Assembly (NCBI GenBank): GCA_034659915.1
Contig: JAYEID010000013.1
Span: 74,917-138,916, forward strand
DNA: 64,000 bases
Reading direction: 5' to 3'
Source: Patescibacteria group bacterium
GTDB taxonomy: Bacteria; Patescibacteriota; WWE3; JAUXAW01; JAYEID01
Part shown: one piece after another, positions 55,785 through 64,000 of the stretch
Layout of the letters: the number at the start of each line of letters is the position of its first letter
Position numbering within the stretch: position 1 is the first letter of the stretch
Position numbers and translations under genes: made by a program
Notes under the pieces: model-generated
What the model saw: only the letters and a program-made list of their open reading frames with translations
What the model was told of the DNA's origin: nothing
The model's database searches: none

Positions 55785-56834
55785 CTATTTAGGAGGCTTG
55801 TCACCGCGTACTTTCCAGCCCCGGAACCAACCTCCGTCTTCTCTATTGTGGGGGAGCTTGAGTTGTTCGGGTGATTTAGGTTCTTCTTTTCCTTCTGTTG
55901 GTTTTACAGTTGGCGGACTATTTCCTCCTTTATCTCCAACATTTGTTTCCAAAGATTCAAAAGGTTCTTTCCGACAAACAGAGTTGAACCGACAGTATTT
56001 ACAGGTGTGGTCGTTGTCTATAGGTGTCCATTTTTGCTCTAGCAGTACGGATTGAGCAGTTGCGAACTGTCCCTCTAACCTTTGGCGGTTATAGCTTTCG
56101 AGTTTTCGCAATTCACCGCTTCTTAGTGACCAAACTATACCCATGATTGGTAGGTTGCCAAAGTGCGCAGCCACTTCCGGCTTTTTAGAAAGGACTGCTT
56201 TTAGGCCCTCAATGTAGGCGGAAATCTGCAGTAGTTTGATGTTTTCGAGCCGGCTTGTGGTTATGTCAACAATTGCTAGCATATCTCTTTGGGGTAGGTG
56301 CCAAAGCTGATCGATACGCCCGGTAAAGGGGTACCTTTCAAACAGCTCAACCGTAGGGAGTGTGTACTCTACTTCTAAGATTTCAACAGGCCCCAAACCA
56401 AGGCTTTGGGGTAAGCTTAGAAAGCGGTCCCAGTAACCAATGTTGTCCGGGGAACCAGTAAGCAATTCTTCTCCCGTTCTCATAAGTTTCCAGTACTGTC
56501 CTTCGTATTGCCAGGTTACATCCCCGTACCGCTTCCGGTATTCTTCAATGCTTCTTTTCCAGCGCCATTTCCAAAATCCGCCAAATGACTCTTTGGATTT
56601 GAAAAAGAACGGCCTTTCTGGGGTGGGTTCAAACTTACCCCTGTTGGCGCCGGAACCAATGTGGAGGGCTTCAGTTGCTTTGTGGCAAGCATCCCCAAAA
56701 GGTAGGTACCAAGGTGCTGGGGTAACCACCCTCATTATCCGATCTAGGAAAAACTTACGGGCGCAACCCAGTATCTGGAGAATACTACTTGGGCTCCAGA
56801 CCATCTGCGCAATAAACTTGCTAATATCTCGCAT
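55785..56834 (-). CDS. PD-(D/E)XK nuclease-fold protein (RecB/Cas4-like, Fe-S Cys), catalytic Lys absent
   Basis: WSPSS....C, FG...H, GRID, VDITT, Q..AY, CKYC.F..VC; SD GGGGAGG. Confidence 0.8.
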   Translation of the reverse strand: MRDISKFIAQMVWSPSSILQILGCARKFFLDRIMRVVTPAPWYLPFGDACHKATEALHIGSGANRGKFEPTPERPFFFKSKESFGGFWKWRWKRSIEEYRKRYGDVTWQYEGQYWKLMRTGEELLTGSPDNIGYWDRFLSLPQSLGLGPVEILEVEYTLPTVELFERYPFTGRIDQLWHLPQRDMLAIVDITTSRLENIKLLQISAYIEGLKAVLSKKPEVAAHFGNLPIMGIVWSLRSGELRKLESYNRQRLEGQFATAQSVLLEQKWTPIDNDHTCKYCRFNSVCRKEPFESLETNVGDKGGNSPPTVKPTEGKEEPKSPEQLKLPHNREDGGWFRGWKVRGDKPPK

Positions 56835-57134
56835 GACCTCCCCCTTTGGAATGAATTCATTTGTTTATGTGCTTTTGAGTTTCTAAGAGAAATATTACCA
56901 CAAATTAATATTGTAGACTATAGCTTTATCTTGTAGTTATTTAATATATGGTGGTTCTTTTGTCTGTATTATAAGTGTGGTTCTAGGACCACTCCCTTTT
57001 AATAAAAAATGCCAAATTCAGTCTTCAAGGTAAAAAAAATTAGAAAAAGCCCGGGTGCAGGGTGGCACGCGCGGCGGCTTTTATCCTCGGCCGGTTTAAA
57101 GGTAAGTGGGTTCGTGATAGAATTGAGGCTGATT

Positions 57135-59717
57135 GTGTTTGGATTTTTGGGGAATCTTTTTGATTCTAACGAGAAACAATTAAACAAGCTTACACCTGTA
57201 GTAGAGGAGATAAACCAACTCGAGAGCGAGATTAAGCCTCTTTCTGACGAGAAACTGCAGGCAAAGACACCTGAGTTTAAGAAGCGTTTAGAAAAAGGAG
57301 AAACTTTAGATGATTTACTACCGGAAGTCTTTGCGGTTGTCCGAGAAGCAATTCGAAGGAAACAAGGCGAGCGTGCTTATGATGTTCAGCTTATGGCTGC
57401 TATTTCGCTCCACCAAGGAAAAGCAGCAGAGCAGAAGACTGGTGAGGGTAAAACTTTAACCTCAGCTCTTACACTTTACCTTAATGCTTTGGAAGGTAAG
57501 GGGTGTCATATGATTACAGTTAACGATTATCTAGCTAGGCGTGATGCTGGCTGGTATGGTCAAACTTTGCACTTTTTAGGTTTGGAAATTGGTTGTATTG
57601 TACATGACAACGCTTTTATTTTAGATCCTTCTTACGTAGATGATTCGGAACACGATCCCCGACTTCAGCATCTTCGTCCTGTTGAGAGAAGAGAAGCCTA
57701 CCAAGCAGATATAACTTATGGTACGAACAATGAATTTGGTTTTGATTATTTAAGAGATAATATGGCGCACAGTTTTTCCGGAATGGTGCAAACTAATTCT
57801 AACGATGATGTGGGAGCTCACAATTTTGCTATTGTGGACGAAGTAGACTTTATCTTAATTGATGAGGCAAGAACACCTCTTATTATTTCTGCTCCAAGAG
57901 AGGAAGCAACTGAAAAATATTATGAATTTGCAAAATTAACTGAGGGCTTGGTTTCGGGGACCGATTTTGAGGTGGATGAAAAGGAAAAGACAGCTAACCT
58001 TACAGAGCTTGGGTTACGCAAGGTAGAACGCAAGCTAGGGGTTGATAATCTTTACGAGCAGGATTTTGAAACTGTGCGCCACGTAGAGCAAGCGCTACGA
58101 GCCCGCACTTTGTTTGAAAGGGATGTGGATTATATTGTGAAAGAGGGGCAAGTAATAATTGTGGATGAATTTACTGGTAGGTTAATGCTGGGGCGCCGTT
58201 ATAGTGAGGGTTTGCATCAGGCAATTGAAGCTAAGGAGGGTGTTCCTATTAGGAAAGAATCCCAAACTTTAGCAACTATCTCAATTCAGAATTATTTTCG
58301 GATGTACGACAAACTTGCGGGCATGAGCGGAACCATAATGACGGAGGCAGAAGAGTTTAAGAAAATTTATGGATTAGATTCAATTGCTATTCCTACTCAC
58401 AAACCAGTTATTAGAGACGACCGATCAGACTTAGTTTATAAAACTAAGTCAGCAAAATGGCGAGCAGTAGTAGGGGAAATAGAAGAGTGCTATGAGCGCG
58501 GTCAACCTGTGTTGGTGGGAACTACATCGGTAGAAAAGAACGAGCTAGTGCATAGCTTATTAGAAAGAAAACATGTTCCCCACGAAATTTTGAATGCAAA
58601 AAATCACCAGCGCGAGGCTGAGATTATTGCCCAGGCTGGTCGTCCTAAATCCGTTACTGTAGCTACTAACATGGCTGGTCGGGGTGTGGATATTAAATTA
58701 GGTGGAGATCCAGTTGATAGAGAAGAGCAAGAACAGGTCTTGGATTTGGGTGGGCTACATGTTGTTGGTACGGAGCGGCACGAGGCAAGAAGGATTGATA
58801 ACCAGTTGCGTGGGCGTGCAGGTAGGCAAGGGGATCCAGGCTCAAGCCAATTTTTTGTTTCTCTGGAAGATGACTTAATGCGTATTTTTGGTGGAGATAG
58901 GGTAAAAGCATTAATGGATAGATTTGGGATGGAGGAGGATGTTCCCTTGGAGCATCCTATGGTGTCTGGTTCTATTGAAAGAGCTCAAAAGAAGGTGGAG
59001 GGTTACAATTTTGATATTCGAAAGCATCTTGTAGAGTATGATGATGTTGCTAATGTCCAGCGGGAGATTGTTTACAAGTTGAGAAGGAGAATATTATCAG
59101 CGGTTGAAAATTCTGGGGGTGCGGAGGGGGAAAAGCGGTTGGATTGGCTTCTCGAAAAGCTTGAAAGTTATAGTGATGATTTACCTGAAGTTTGGGAAAC
59201 ACGCCGAGAAGAATTGGGCGAGACATGGTTTGAAATTGTGAAGGAAATTTCTTTGGGAGTTGTTGATACTTTTTGGATGGAGCATATTGATACTCTTACT
59301 GATTTGCGGGAGGGAATTGGCTTGCGGGGACACGCCCGCCGTGATCCGTTGGTGGAATATAAAAGAGAAGCGCGAGAACTTTTTGAAAAACTAATGAGGG
59401 ATATTTATTCTAACACTGCCGAACGGCTAGTACGTGTGAGAATTTCTTCGCCTGATGAGATTTCTGCTCCCAAAATGCCGCGCCGAATTCAGCTTCAGCA
59501 CGAGAAACCGGAGCTAGGGGTTAGGGATGAGAAAGCTGCTTTGTCAGGGCAGCCGCATTCCTCAGCCCCCGGGGCTTCTCCTGCGGCTGGTGGGCAAAGA
59601 AAGAAGCTTAAGCCGATTGAGAAAGAGGAAGAGCCGGGGAGGAATGACCCCTGTCCTTGTGGTGCAACATATCCAGACGGTACTCCCAAGAAATATAAGC
59701 ATTGTTGTGGTCGTTAA
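57135..59717 (+). CDS. secA: Protein translocase SecA
   Basis: [55 protein letters not shown]; GTG 57135 preferred. Confidence 0.98.
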   Translation: MFGFLGNLFDSNEKQLNKLTPVVEEINQLESEIKPLSDEKLQAKTPEFKKRLEKGETLDDLLPEVFAVVREAIRRKQGERAYDVQLMAAISLHQGKAAEQKTGEGKTLTSALTLYLNALEGKGCHMITVNDYLARRDAGWYGQTLHFLGLEIGCIVHDNAFILDPSYVDDSEHDPRLQHLRPVERREAYQADITYGTNNEFGFDYLRDNMAHSFSGMVQTNSNDDVGAHNFAIVDEVDFILIDEARTPLIISAPREEATEKYYEFAKLTEGLVSGTDFEVDEKEKTANLTELGLRKVERKLGVDNLYEQDFETVRHVEQALRARTLFERDVDYIVKEGQVIIVDEFTGRLMLGRRYSEGLHQAIEAKEGVPIRKESQTLATISIQNYFRMYDKLAGMSGTIMTEAEEFKKIYGLDSIAIPTHKPVIRDDRSDLVYKTKSAKWRAVVGEIEECYERGQPVLVGTTSVEKNELVHSLLERKHVPHEILNAKNHQREAEIIAQAGRPKSVTVATNMAGRGVDIKLGGDPVDREEQEQVLDLGGLHVVGTERHEARRIDNQLRGRAGRQGDPGSSQFFVSLEDDLMRIFGGDRVKALMDRFGMEEDVPLEHPMVSGSIERAQKKVEGYNFDIRKHLVEYDDVANVQREIVYKLRRRILSAVENSGGAEGEKRLDWLLEKLESYSDDLPEVWETRREELGETWFEIVKEISLGVVDTFWMEHIDTLTDLREGIGLRGHARRDPLVEYKREARELFEKLMRDIYSNTAERLVRVRISSPDEISAPKMPRRIQLQHEKPELGVRDEKAALSGQPHSSAPGASPAAGGQRKKLKPIEKEEEPGRNDPCPCGATYPDGTPKKYKHCCGR

Positions 59718-59838
59718 TCTTAATTAAACATTGTACAAAAGGAAAGACTGCGCTTACCATTTAGGGTGCTAATTTCCTTGCGCCGATTTCCATAATATGC
59801 TAGCTTGAACCTAGTTTATATTAGGATAGGCCCTGTCC

Positions 59839-61389
59839 ATGGAAAATATATCTTTTTCTGATCCGGAAACTGAATCCAAATCTTCTGGTTCCTTTTTTGG
59901 GAACATTTTTTCCTTATTGCGAAGTAAAAAAGTACTAGTAGGTGTTACTGTAGCTTTTACTCTTCTTTTGGGTGGAACTGCTGGTTTTCTTGCGTGGAGA
60001 TTGCAAAAAACTGAAGAGCCAGTAAGCGAAACTCCCGCTTCGGCAGCTGGCTGCACAGGAACAAAGCTCTCTGACTATTGTGGGGGGGATAAGCCTGACT
60101 TGTGTGATGTTTCGAATTATGAATGCCACGGCGACTGTTTGAAAGCTTGGGGTAGGTGTTGTGATTTTTGTGGGGCTGGTAATACTTGTGATGACGGGCA
60201 TTTTGGTTGGGTTGAGGATTGTACAGCTCAAGGCGAAGAGTGTATTGATGGTGCCTGTCGGTCTAGCGAACCTGCGCCAGAAGAATGTAAGGTTTCTTGG
60301 GCTGATGGATCAGAAACATTTACTTATAATGGTCAAGAAATAACTATTGAACAAGCATGTTTGACAGTGCACGCCGAAAATTGCCATGGGCAACCAGTAG
60401 GGTTTACTCGCTATCATTGTTATGACGGCTTTGATCCAGAAATTGGTTGCAGTGACAACCCCGTCAAAAAAGAGTTCACTATTGACTCCGATGATTATTG
60501 GAAAACAATGTGTTTACATGCGGATTTTGGGGGAGCTCCCCCCGATTGTCCTGTAGGGCAAACTGATGGGGCGGTGGGAAATCCCAATGTTTCTAATGAT
60601 GCAGTGCTTTGGGAAATTGGTGACCAGTACTGTGAGGAGGAAGAGCTTACTGGGCCACGATGCAATAACATTACCGCGGAGCCTACCGGACTTCCCTATT
60701 TTGGGGGGACAGTTACCTTGACTGTTCAGGCTACTCAAGGAGATGGTGGGGCTCTTTCTTATACTTGGGGTTCTGATGCGGGTTCAATTGATCCTAATGC
60801 AGCGTCCGGTGATAATAAAGCTGTTTGGGATCTTACTAGTCTTACTAATGATACATATCAGCCAAGTACACACTACGCATGGGTAAAGGTGAGTAACGAT
60901 GTTGGTTCTTCCGGTTGCGATGACCAGGATACTTGCACTGCGGATGGTGGGGGTTGTGTACTAGCTTTGGATCTCGCCCCCTTCCCAGAAGAAGATATTA
61001 CTTGTGATGATTTAACTATTTCTCCCTCGCCTTCTGAAATTGAGCTTGGTGATTCTGTTAGCATTACTTGCCAAGGAAGCAGCCGTTGGTCTTACCAGGA
61101 TCAGCGAGATAACCCTTATCCTATTGTCCGTATTGATTTTAAAGTTTATCTTGATCCTAAGGTTGGCTCAGCTTTTGATGGTTTTCAAGAGAACGAGCAA
61201 ATTGCGGGGAGCCCATTCTCTGTTGATGTAGCGGGACAAGGTCCTACCTGGAGTGCTACTTATCCTGCTAGTTCTAGCGATGCTCCTATTGTGATTGACA
61301 AAACAGGTACATGGGGAGTAGCAAGTAGAGTTTGCGCTAATGTTCAAGGTACTGTGCAGTGTACTAATTACGCAACACCGTCGCCTTAG
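59839..61389 (+). CDS. Cys-rich membrane-anchored surface protein
   Basis: Single TM then dense Cys modules and Ig-like strands. Confidence 0.8.
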   Translation: MENISFSDPETESKSSGSFFGNIFSLLRSKKVLVGVTVAFTLLLGGTAGFLAWRLQKTEEPVSETPASAAGCTGTKLSDYCGGDKPDLCDVSNYECHGDCLKAWGRCCDFCGAGNTCDDGHFGWVEDCTAQGEECIDGACRSSEPAPEECKVSWADGSETFTYNGQEITIEQACLTVHAENCHGQPVGFTRYHCYDGFDPEIGCSDNPVKKEFTIDSDDYWKTMCLHADFGGAPPDCPVGQTDGAVGNPNVSNDAVLWEIGDQYCEEEELTGPRCNNITAEPTGLPYFGGTVTLTVQATQGDGGALSYTWGSDAGSIDPNAASGDNKAVWDLTSLTNDTYQPSTHYAWVKVSNDVGSSGCDDQDTCTADGGGCVLALDLAPFPEEDITCDDLTISPSPSEIELGDSVSITCQGSSRWSYQDQRDNPYPIVRIDFKVYLDPKVGSAFDGFQENEQIAGSPFSVDVAGQGPTWSATYPASSSDAPIVIDKTGTWGVASRVCANVQGTVQCTNYATPSP

Positions 61390-61404
61390 TAAGTAATTGT
61401 TCTT

Positions 61405-63045
61405 ATGAATAGAAAAACTTTAACTACAATTTTGGTTGTGTTGGGAACTGTTTTTTTGGCGGTAGGAGCTGTGTTTTTAGCCTGGAAAATTTCCCGACCA
61501 GATACTACTACTGAGCCCGAACCAACCGAAGCTTCTTTTGGTGGTGGCGAGAATTGCACCCTTACTTTTACAGTTACAGAACCAGACCTTAAGATAAAGA
61601 AGTATGTAAAGGTTAAAGGTACAGATGCTTGGTACACTGATACAGAAACAACTCTTTCTAATGTAACTGTGGGTACCCTTCCCGTGGATCCAGGTACTAC
61701 TGTAGTTTGGAAGATAGTACTGTGGAATTCTGGTGGTGAGGATATATCTGTTTCTGAGACTACAGATGATTATACAGCTAGTGAGATTTACAGCTCTTTT
61801 GCTGGAGCAGAACCTACTGGAACTGGACCTACTTATCAAGATTGGCCCTCTGTTATTCCTGCTGGCGGTTCAGAGGAGGAAGCTTTTGAATCTACCGATT
61901 TGTCACGGGAGTTTGAAGCTGTTGTTTTAGCGGAGGATCCATTGCTAGAAAGCGCTGGTGCTGGTTCACATTTATCTCAAAACACAGCTTATGTGACTGA
62001 TTACGACCTTTCTGATTCAGCTAGTATTCGTGTTGGAGTTGAGGGTGAGTCTGATCTTCAAATTAAAAAATATGTTTGTGAAATAGATACTAGTGGGGAG
62101 TGCACAACTGCCTGGTATTCCGATACAACAAGCTCTTTATCTGAAGTTGAAGTAGGAACCTTAGCAGTTGATCCCCAATCTACGGTTAAGTGGAAGCTTG
62201 TGGTTTGGAATAGTAGGACGGCAGACGTTGAAGCCAGTTCTACAGATTCTTATGATCAGCAAGATATTTATGAAACTTTTGATGGTAGTAGCCCTGATGG
62301 TGCTGGACCATCTTTCAATTGGGGAACTATTCCTGCTAATGGAACAGAGGAAGAGTCTTTTGCTGATTCAAATCTTTACCAAACATTTACTGCAGTAGTT
62401 AAGGATAACGATTCTTTGATTCAAGATTTAGGAACCAATACTTATCTTTCTACAAATACAGGAATGTTAGATCAAGGCGGTTCAGACAGTGCTAGTATTG
62501 AAGTTACTCCTTCGGGGGAGTATGCGCTGCACATTAAGAAATATGTTCGCCAAGAGGGCGGCGAACGATGGTATGATGATCGGACAACAGTTGATATAGG
62601 GTCTGTAGTTGAGTGGCGAGTTGTGGTTTGGAATACGGGAAATGTGGATGCAGAGGATGTAAGAGTTTCGGATGTTTACACCAGTTCTAATATTTATCAA
62701 ATGTTTGAAGGTGATTCTGGTTTGGATGGTACTGTTGACGAGGATTTGCGGTTTGGCACTGTTCCTGCCAATTCTACTGAAGATGACGGTGTAATAGTTG
62801 AGTTTAGTTCAACGCTATCGTCTGATCTTGCTGAGGGTAGTTACAGTTCTGTAAATACTGCCACTCTTAGGGAAAATGATCAAAGTGACGATGCTGCTAT
62901 TGATGTAACTATCGAAGGTGAGCAGCCAGTTGAAGAGGAAGAGGAGGAAATAGAGGTACCGCCTACTGGGGGTAAAGAGACTTGGATAACAGTGCTGGCT
63001 TCCGTGTTGCTTTTGGTCTTGGGTGTTACTCTTATTGGCTTTTGA
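61405..63045 (+). CDS. Surface protein with three DUF11/isopeptide-type repeats and PPTG-TM tail
   Basis: L.IKKYV x3, W...(L/V)WN x3, NT(A/G) x3; EVPPTG plus hydrophobic C-terminus. Confidence 0.8.
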   Translation: MNRKTLTTILVVLGTVFLAVGAVFLAWKISRPDTTTEPEPTEASFGGGENCTLTFTVTEPDLKIKKYVKVKGTDAWYTDTETTLSNVTVGTLPVDPGTTVVWKIVLWNSGGEDISVSETTDDYTASEIYSSFAGAEPTGTGPTYQDWPSVIPAGGSEEEAFESTDLSREFEAVVLAEDPLLESAGAGSHLSQNTAYVTDYDLSDSASIRVGVEGESDLQIKKYVCEIDTSGECTTAWYSDTTSSLSEVEVGTLAVDPQSTVKWKLVVWNSRTADVEASSTDSYDQQDIYETFDGSSPDGAGPSFNWGTIPANGTEEESFADSNLYQTFTAVVKDNDSLIQDLGTNTYLSTNTGMLDQGGSDSASIEVTPSGEYALHIKKYVRQEGGERWYDDRTTVDIGSVVEWRVVVWNTGNVDAEDVRVSDVYTSSNIYQMFEGDSGLDGTVDEDLRFGTVPANSTEDDGVIVEFSSTLSSDLAEGSYSSVNTATLRENDQSDDAAIDVTIEGEQPVEEEEEEIEVPPTGGKETWITVLASVLLLVLGVTLIGF

Positions 63046-63099
63046 GCTGAGTAATTTAGTCCTCTTAAATTCTCCTAGTGTTTATTAATTTGTTAAATT

Positions 63100-64000
63100 A
63101 TGAAAGTACTTTATTGCTCTTCAGAATGTGACCCATTTGTCAAGATTGGTGGATTGGGTGATGTTTCTGCTGCACTTCCCAAAGCTCTTTCCAGGTTAGG
63201 TGTGGAAGTTCGTGTGGCAATTCCCTTTTATGATGTGATAGAAAGGGAAAAGTTTTCCTTTGAAAAAATGGGTGAGATTGAGGTGCCTTTTGCAGATGAA
63301 ACACACAAAACTGCAGTATGGCAAACACTGCTTCCGGGAACAGATGTTATGGTACTTCTTTTTGAAAATGATAAGTATTTGTTTAGCGGAGGTACAGAAG
63401 CTTTTACTGGTTTGGATGGGGAGATCCGAAGATTTGCTTTTTTTGACCGTGCTGTAGTTTCTTGGTTAGAGCAAGAACAATATTGGAAGCCGGATGTGTT
63501 GCACTTGAATGATTGGCATACAGGGCTTATTCCTAAGTATGTAGAAGAATTAGAGCCCTCTCCTGCTATCCTTCTTACTGTTCACAATCTTTCTTATCAA
63601 GGTATTTCTAGCTTAGACCTTTTTTCGGAAACAGGTCTTTCTATTGAAAACTCACGCCTCCTTTCTTGGGATGCTCAAGATGATAACATTGATTTTCTAT
63701 TAGTGGGCATTGCTAAGGCGCATGTGATAAATACTGTCTCTCCTACTTACGCTAAGGAGATTTTAACTTCCGAATTTGGCGAGGGTTTGGATGAGGTTTT
63801 ACGTTCCCGCAAAGCAAGAATTTTTGGTGTTTTAAATGGGATTGATACAGAATCTTTTGACCCGGAGAAAGATGGAAAAATATTTGCAAATTATACTATT
63901 GCTAACTGGAGGGATGGCAAAGCTAAAAATAAAGAAGGTTTGCAGCAGGCTGTGGGTTTAGAAGAGAATCCGGACAAGTTACTGGTTGGGTTTGTTGGGC
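63100..64000 (+). CDS. glgA: Glycogen synthase (runs off window)
   Basis: MKVLYCSSECDPFVKIGGLGDV, HLNDWHTG, TVHNLSYQG, NTVSPTYAKEI, GVLNGID. Confidence 0.95.
   Translation, partial: MKVLYCSSECDPFVKIGGLGDVSAALPKALSRLGVEVRVAIPFYDVIEREKFSFEKMGEIEVPFADETHKTAVWQTLLPGTDVMVLLFENDKYLFSGGTEAFTGLDGEIRRFAFFDRAVVSWLEQEQYWKPDVLHLNDWHTGLIPKYVEELEPSPAILLTVHNLSYQGISSLDLFSETGLSIENSRLLSWDAQDDNIDFLLVGIAKAHVINTVSPTYAKEILTSEFGEGLDEVLRSRKARIFGVLNGIDTESFDPEKDGKIFANYTIANWRDGKAKNKEGLQQAVGLEENPDKLLVGFVG

Noticed and set aside
55785-56834. Cas4 of a CRISPR-Cas system
   Set aside because: No repeat-spacer array, cas1 or cas2 in the window; catalytic Lys missing
57009-57134. N-terminal extension of SecA from ATG 57009
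   Set aside because: SecA-like sequence begins at GTG 57135, just after a TAGAAT -10 element
315-63457. Many 60-190 aa antisense or alternate-frame ORFs in the track (e.g. 3570-4082, 41102-41329, 44151-44426, 55054-55623)
   Set aside because: They shadow well-supported genes or RNA elements and show no motifs
1-64000. Stop-codon reassignment (code 25)
   Set aside because: Conserved genes are intact under code 11 and TGA ends several of them (greA, vanW)

Overview
Chromosomal segment of a reduced-genome bacterium, most likely Patescibacteria/CPR (Microgenomates/WWE3-like). This is inferred from gene content, cohesin/dockerin surface proteins and apparently leaderless genes. Housekeeping content: rpsD(3')-rpoA-rplQ-rplM-rpsI, six aminoacyl-tRNA synthetases (aspS, gltX, tyrS, trpS, lysS, serS), three tRNAs (Pro-GGG, Gln-TTG, Glu-CTC), uppS/uppP/PAP2, dinB, two greA paralogs, secA and the start of glgA. 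There is also a RAYT transposase with REP-like palindromes. Most notable candidates: (1) an 11-kb surface locus joining WxL-like proteins and DUF916-like partners to a cohesin/dockerin pair; (2) a Trp T-box with an ultrashort stem I ahead of trpS-tyrS-relA; (3) two RelA/SpoT homologs with reciprocally degenerate hydrolase and synthetase sites; (4) TrpR-type operators around a TrpR-like gene and an EamA transporter; (5) a miniature 6S-like RNA ahead of the greA pair; (6) a duplicated, covarying ~78-nt RNA hairpin in an accessory island. All calls come from reading motifs by eye; no database searches or folding programs were run.
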